20,000 nt of DNA from an uncultured virus (IMG/VR IMGVR_UViG_3300027963_000068) (taxonomy: Duplodnaviria > Heunggongvirae > Uroviricota > Caudoviricetes): the IMG/VR virus record IMGVR_UViG_3300027963_000068. The stretch is one strand, 5' to 3'. The stretch's first letter is position 1, and the number at the start of each line of letters is the position of its first letter. The translations under genes were made by a program, and so were the position numbers. Below the pieces are notes generated by a model, which saw only the letters and a program-made list of their open reading frames with translations, had not been told where the DNA came from and searched no databases. Of the stretch, positions 15,964-20,000 are shown in pieces.

Positions 15964-16431
15964 ATGAATAAAGTAAAGAAAAATCCACATTATGTAAATA
16001 ATAAAGATTTTCACGATGCATTAGTTGCATACAATATGAGAATAGATGCTGCAAAAGAAAATGGAACACCACCACCAAGGATTTCAAATTATTTGGGTGA
16101 GTGTTTTTTAAAAATTGCTACTCACTTATCATATCGTCCCAACTTTGTAAACTATATGTTTCGTGAAGATATGATAAGTGATGGTGTGGAAAATTGCGTT
16201 CAATATATTGATAGATTTGATATAGAACGTACAAATCCATTTGCTTATTTTACGCAAATTGTTTATTATGCTTTTCTTCGTAGAATACAAAGAGAAAAAA
16301 GACAAATGGAAATCAAAGATAAGATTATTGAACGTAGTGGATTTGAAGAAGTATTTACATCTGATGTGGGTGGTATTAACTCGGATTATAATACAATTAA
16401 AGATAACGTACACATCAAACTTCACCAATGA
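15964..16431 (+). CDS. gp55: Late-transcription sigma factor
   Basis: HYVNNKDF, YLGECFLKIATHLSYRPNFVNY, REDMISDG and NPFAYFTQIVYYAFLRRIQREK motifs. ATG 15964 is preferred because the ORF track's start lies inside the promoter. Confidence 0.97.
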   Translation: MNKVKKNPHYVNNKDFHDALVAYNMRIDAAKENGTPPPRISNYLGECFLKIATHLSYRPNFVNYMFREDMISDGVENCVQYIDRFDIERTNPFAYFTQIVYYAFLRRIQREKRQMEIKDKIIERSGFEEVFTSDVGGINSDYNTIKDNVHIKLHQ

Positions 16432-17471
16432 AACTTGGTTTAATTACAGACACTCACTATAACTTCAAGAAAGCAAATAAATCATTTCATGATTATTTTG
16501 CGAAGTTCTATAATGATATTTTTTTTCCTAAACTAGAAGAACGAAATATCAAGGCAGTAGTCCATCTTGGTGATGCATTTGACAGTCGTAAGGGTGTGGA
16601 TTATTGGGCATTAGAATGGGCACAGAAGAATGTATACAATCGTTTTCAGGAACTTGGTATTCTTGTTTATAATATCGTAGGTAATCACGATTGTTATCAT
16701 AAAAATACTAATGATGTAAATGCAATAGATTTATTATTACAAGAATATGATAATGTAATACCAATTTCTGAACCAAAAGAATTTTGTATTGATGGTTTAG
16801 GCACTTTAATGCTTCCTTGGATTTGCACGGATAATCGGGAAAAAACCGATCATCTATTGAAAAATACACAAGCAAAGGTTATATTTTCACATTTAGAATT
16901 ATCTGGATTTGTAGCTTATCCTGGTCATATTATGAAAGAAGGAATGGATGCAAGCATATTTAAAAAATTTGATAGAGTGTATTCGGGGCATTATCATACC
17001 AAAAGTGATGATGGTAAAATATATTATCTCGGAAATCCATATCAAATGTTTTGGAATGATGTAGATGATACTAGAGGTTTTCATATTTTTGATACTGATA
17101 CATATGAATTAGAGTATTTTAAAAATCCATATAATATGTTTGAGAGGGTATATTATGAAGATAATGATTATAAAAAATTTGATACCTCATATTTGGAAGA
17201 AAAAATCGTAAAAGTTGTTGTTCGTCAAAAATCAAATCAATTAAAATTCGATAAGTTTATTGATAAAATATTAAAAGCAAATCCACTTGATTTAAAAGTT
17301 GTTGAAATTATTGATGTTAATGATGGAGATGTGGATTGTGAAGAAATATCAGCAGAAGATACATTATCAATTTTGGATAAATACGTAGAAGAAGCAGAAT
17401 TCAATTTAGACAAAATGGTTGTAAAAAAATTACTCAGAGATGTATATAAAGAAGCATTAGAGATAGAATAA
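16428..17471 (+). CDS. gp47: Recombination endonuclease subunit (Mre11/SbcD-like)
   Basis: Metallophosphoesterase motifs TDTH, LGDAFD, GNHD, HLEL and SGHYH; ATGA overlap with gp55. Confidence 0.97.
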   Translation: MKLGLITDTHYNFKKANKSFHDYFAKFYNDIFFPKLEERNIKAVVHLGDAFDSRKGVDYWALEWAQKNVYNRFQELGILVYNIVGNHDCYHKNTNDVNAIDLLLQEYDNVIPISEPKEFCIDGLGTLMLPWICTDNREKTDHLLKNTQAKVIFSHLELSGFVAYPGHIMKEGMDASIFKKFDRVYSGHYHTKSDDGKIYYLGNPYQMFWNDVDDTRGFHIFDTDTYELEYFKNPYNMFERVYYEDNDYKKFDTSYLEEKIVKVVVRQKSNQLKFDKFIDKILKANPLDLKVVEIIDVNDGDVDCEEISAEDTLSILDKYVEEAEFNLDKMVVKKLLRDVYKEALEIE

Positions 17472-17758
17472 TGTATATACTGGCAATTAAGGAAAATGAG
17501 GACGAAGGTGCTTATGCAGTAGTGGATGATGATGGCGAAAAGGCATTATATATTTTCGAAGATGAAGATGATGCCAAACGTTATGCCGGATTGCTAGAAG
17601 CAGAAGATTATCCTATAATGTCAGTGGTTGAAGTAGAAGATGAAGTTGCGATACGTACTTGTGAAATGTATGGATATCACTATGTTATAATTAATTCAAA
17701 TGAAATTGTAATACCCCCAAGACAAAATGATCTTATTCAAACGAATAGCTTATCGTAA
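17471..17758 (+). CDS. DUF3110-like protein (cyanobacterial-type)
   Basis: EGAY...FEDEDDAKRYAGLLEAEDYP...C...GY...IPP resembles the recalled DUF3110 signature FExEDDAxRYAGLLEAQDFP. Confidence 0.7.
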   Translation: MYILAIKENEDEGAYAVVDDDGEKALYIFEDEDDAKRYAGLLEAEDYPIMSVVEVEDEVAIRTCEMYGYHYVIINSNEIVIPPRQNDLIQTNSLS

Positions 17759-19442
17759 TTTTTTATCATCAGGAAATAATTTAACTGAAATAAATCTTAC
17801 GGGAGAAACTACTACATTAATTATTGGCCATAATGGTTCTGGCAAAAGTACAATGCTTGATGCTTTGTGTTTTGGTTTATTCAATAAAGCATTTCGTAAA
17901 ATTAATAAAAACCAACTAGTTAATTCTACAAATGAAAAAGAATGTTTGGTTGAGGTTGAGTTTAGTATTGGAAATAAAGAATATAAAATCATAAGAGGAA
18001 TTAAACCAAATATTTTTGAAATTTGGATAAATGGAGAATTGCAAAATCAAGTAGCAGCATCAATAGACCAACAAAAGCATCTTGAAGATATAATACTAAA
18101 ACTTAATTATAAATCATTTACACAAATCGTAATTCTTGGTAGTGCTTCTTTTGTTCCTTTTATGCAACTTTCTACGGCTAATCGTCGTGAGGTTGTAGAG
18201 GATTTATTAGATATTAAAATATTTTCTGCGATGAATTCTATTCTTAAAGAAAAGATAAGAAGTTCAAATGAAAAAATTAAAGAATTTGATATATTTGAAA
18301 AATCAATTCAAGAAAAAATTCTAATGCAAACAGAATTTATTGAAGAGTTGGAAAAAAGAGGAAATGATAAAATAATTGCGAACCAAGAAAAAATCGTCAA
18401 TTTATTAAATGAAGTTGGCGTTTATATTCGTCAAAATTCTTTTCTCGAAGAAGATGTATTTAAATATATTAAAGAACAAGAAGAAGTTTCTGGTGCAACT
18501 GATAGACTAAAAAAACTTGATAATTTAAAAGGAAAACTATCAGAAAAGGTATCTGTAATTACAGAAGAGCATAAATTTTTTAATGAAAATACGGTTTGCC
18601 CAACTTGTACACAAACAATTGACGAAGTATTTCGTGTAAATAAAATTACAGACGTTCAAAATAAAGCAAAAGAATTACAAACAGGTTATCAAGACCTTGA
18701 ATGTACTATCAAAAACGAAGAAGAACGAGAACGTCAATTTATCATTCTTTCTAAGGAGATTGCAAAATTAAACAATGAGATTTCTCAAAACAATACTAGA
18801 ATATCATTTAACCAAAAACAAACACAAGAACTTGAATATGAAATTCAAACAATTACCGAACAATTTAAAAATAGAAATACTGAACAACAAAAATTAGAAA
18901 AACTTGAAAAACAACAAGTTGATAATTTCAAAAAGAAATCAAAGTATAAAGAAACGATTAATTATTTTGATTTCGCACAAATACTAATGAAAGATGGAGG
19001 AGTTAAAACTAAAATTATTCAAAAGTACCTTCCTTTAATGAATAAACAAATCAATAAGTATTTGCAGATAATGGATTTTTATATTAACTTTACACTTGAT
19101 GAAGAGTTTAAAGAAAATATCAAATCTCCAATACACGAAGATTTTACTTATGAAAGTTTTAGTGAAGGTGAAAAGATGAGAATTAATTTGTCTATTCTTT
19201 TCACTTGGAGAGAAATTGCAAGAATGAAAAATTCAATTAATACTAATTTACTAATTTTAGATGAAGTTTTTGATAGTTCTTTGGATAATATGGGAACAGA
19301 TTATTTTACTAAAATAATTAAACATATAATTAAAGATGCAAATGTATTTGTAATTTCACATAAAACAGATGAACTAATTGATAAGTTTGATAAAATTATT
19401 CGGTTTGAAAAAATTAAAGGATTTTCAAAGATTGCACCTTGA
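17727..19442 (+). CDS. gp46: Recombination endonuclease ATPase subunit (Rad50/SbcC-like)
   Basis: Walker A GHNGSGKST, coiled coil with CPTC zinc hook, signature FSEGEK, Walker B LILDEVFD, ISH switch. Confidence 0.97.
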   Translation: MILFKRIAYRNFLSSGNNLTEINLTGETTTLIIGHNGSGKSTMLDALCFGLFNKAFRKINKNQLVNSTNEKECLVEVEFSIGNKEYKIIRGIKPNIFEIWINGELQNQVAASIDQQKHLEDIILKLNYKSFTQIVILGSASFVPFMQLSTANRREVVEDLLDIKIFSAMNSILKEKIRSSNEKIKEFDIFEKSIQEKILMQTEFIEELEKRGNDKIIANQEKIVNLLNEVGVYIRQNSFLEEDVFKYIKEQEEVSGATDRLKKLDNLKGKLSEKVSVITEEHKFFNENTVCPTCTQTIDEVFRVNKITDVQNKAKELQTGYQDLECTIKNEEERERQFIILSKEIAKLNNEISQNNTRISFNQKQTQELEYEIQTITEQFKNRNTEQQKLEKLEKQQVDNFKKKSKYKETINYFDFAQILMKDGGVKTKIIQKYLPLMNKQINKYLQIMDFYINFTLDEEFKENIKSPIHEDFTYESFSEGEKMRINLSILFTWREIARMKNSINTNLLILDEVFDSSLDNMGTDYFTKIIKHIIKDANVFVISHKTDELIDKFDKIIRFEKIKGFSKIAP

Positions 19443-19467
19443 CTTTTTGAGATAAATTTGATAGAGT
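19439..19467 (+). promoter_or_regulatory. Sigma70-type promoter
   Basis: TTGACT (19439-19444, containing the gp46 stop TGA), 17-nt spacer, TAGAGT (19462-19467), with an extended -10 TG at 19459-19460. Confidence 0.6.
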
Positions 19468-19492
19468 ATAAAGAGCAAACCTTGAAAAAATT

Positions 19493-20000
19493 ATGTCAGA
19501 GATGCCAGACAAAAAAGAAAATTTTGAAACTGATTATGAAAGTTTTCTTCCAGAAGGTTATTCAGCAGTCGCAGCTGGATCTTCTATTACTGGAAGTCAT
19601 CTTCTTGGTGGTATGGGAGAAGATCATATTTCTTTTGGTTGTAATACTAACTACTGGGAAGATGATGGTTTTAGTTTGACTGGAAATCCATATGCATCGC
19701 CAGATGTTCTTTCTTTAAATTCTCACACTATTCCTACTTCTTATGAGGTAAAACCATCACTAAATTCAGATCACTTCTGGAAGTTTGGTGAAGGAAAGAC
19801 ACTCAAAGTAGTAGAAGACTATATTAAAGGAACATATAATGGTCACTATGCCTCTGATAAGTCAAAGGTTCAAGTTCTGGATATGATTGATGCGATTGAT
19901 GATGGAGTTCCTTTCTGTCGTGATAATCTCATTAAGTATTCTTCTCGTTTTGGTAAGAAGGATGGAATGTCAAAACTTGATGCCCTGAAGATTATACACT
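19493..20000 (+). CDS. DUF3310 / T7 gp1.7-like protein (putative nucleotide kinase), 3'-truncated
   Basis: Manual translation from ATG 19493 is open to the window end: MSEMPDKKENFETDY...FWKFGEGKTLKVVEDYIKGTYNGHYASDKSKVQVLDMIDAIDDGVPFCRDNLIKYSSRFGKKDGMSKLDALKIIH. The HY...D.I...F...N..KY..R.GKK...D..K pattern fits DUF3310. Confidence 0.75.
   Translation, partial: MSEMPDKKENFETDYESFLPEGYSAVAAGSSITGSHLLGGMGEDHISFGCNTNYWEDDGFSLTGNPYASPDVLSLNSHTIPTSYEVKPSLNSDHFWKFGEGKTLKVVEDYIKGTYNGHYASDKSKVQVLDMIDAIDDGVPFCRDNLIKYSSRFGKKDGMSKLDALKIIH

Noticed and set aside
15857..16087. Minus-strand 76-aa ORF as the product of the antisense promoter
   Set aside because: It begins within gp55, upstream of the minus-strand promoter, so that promoter cannot transcribe it; no recognisable motifs.
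19458..19679. 73-aa + strand ORF in the ORF track
   Set aside because: It starts with TTG inside the predicted promoter and overlaps the better-supported DUF3310-like frame starting at 19493.
1..20000. CRISPR array, tRNA genes, or stop-codon reassignment
   Set aside because: No repeat-spacer pattern; intergenic gaps are short with no cloverleaf seen; core genes are full length in the standard code.

Overview
An AT-rich segment of a T4-like (myovirus) phage genome, with every real gene on the + strand. It is very probably a cyanophage: gp23 runs directly into gp3-uvsY-uvsW-gp55-gp47-gp46 with no gp24, hoc or soc in this window, and it carries cyanobacterial-type DUF3110-like and NblA-like genes. 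Gene order: gp16 (5'-truncated), a 627-aa modular hypothetical, a 62-aa NblA-like ORF, gp17, gp18, gp19, gp20, two conserved hypotheticals, gp21, gp22, gp23, a terminator, gp3, uvsY, uvsW, an Sm-like gene, gp55, gp47, a DUF3110-like gene, gp46, and a 3'-truncated DUF3310/T7 gp1.7-like ORF missing from the ORF track. T4-type late promoters (TATAAATA and variants) precede the structural genes. Three things stand out. (1) A near-consensus sigma70 promoter on the minus strand (TTGACA-17-TAAAAT) shares its -35 box with the gp55 promoter and fires antisense into an Sm/LSm-like gene and uvsW, with no ORF of its own. (2) The 627-aa ORF looks like a capsid-targeted polyprotein whose modules are separated by gp21-type cleavage motifs. 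(3) A putative NblA phycobilisome-degradation adaptor sits inside the terminase operon. All family calls come from motif recognition and recall; no database search was run.
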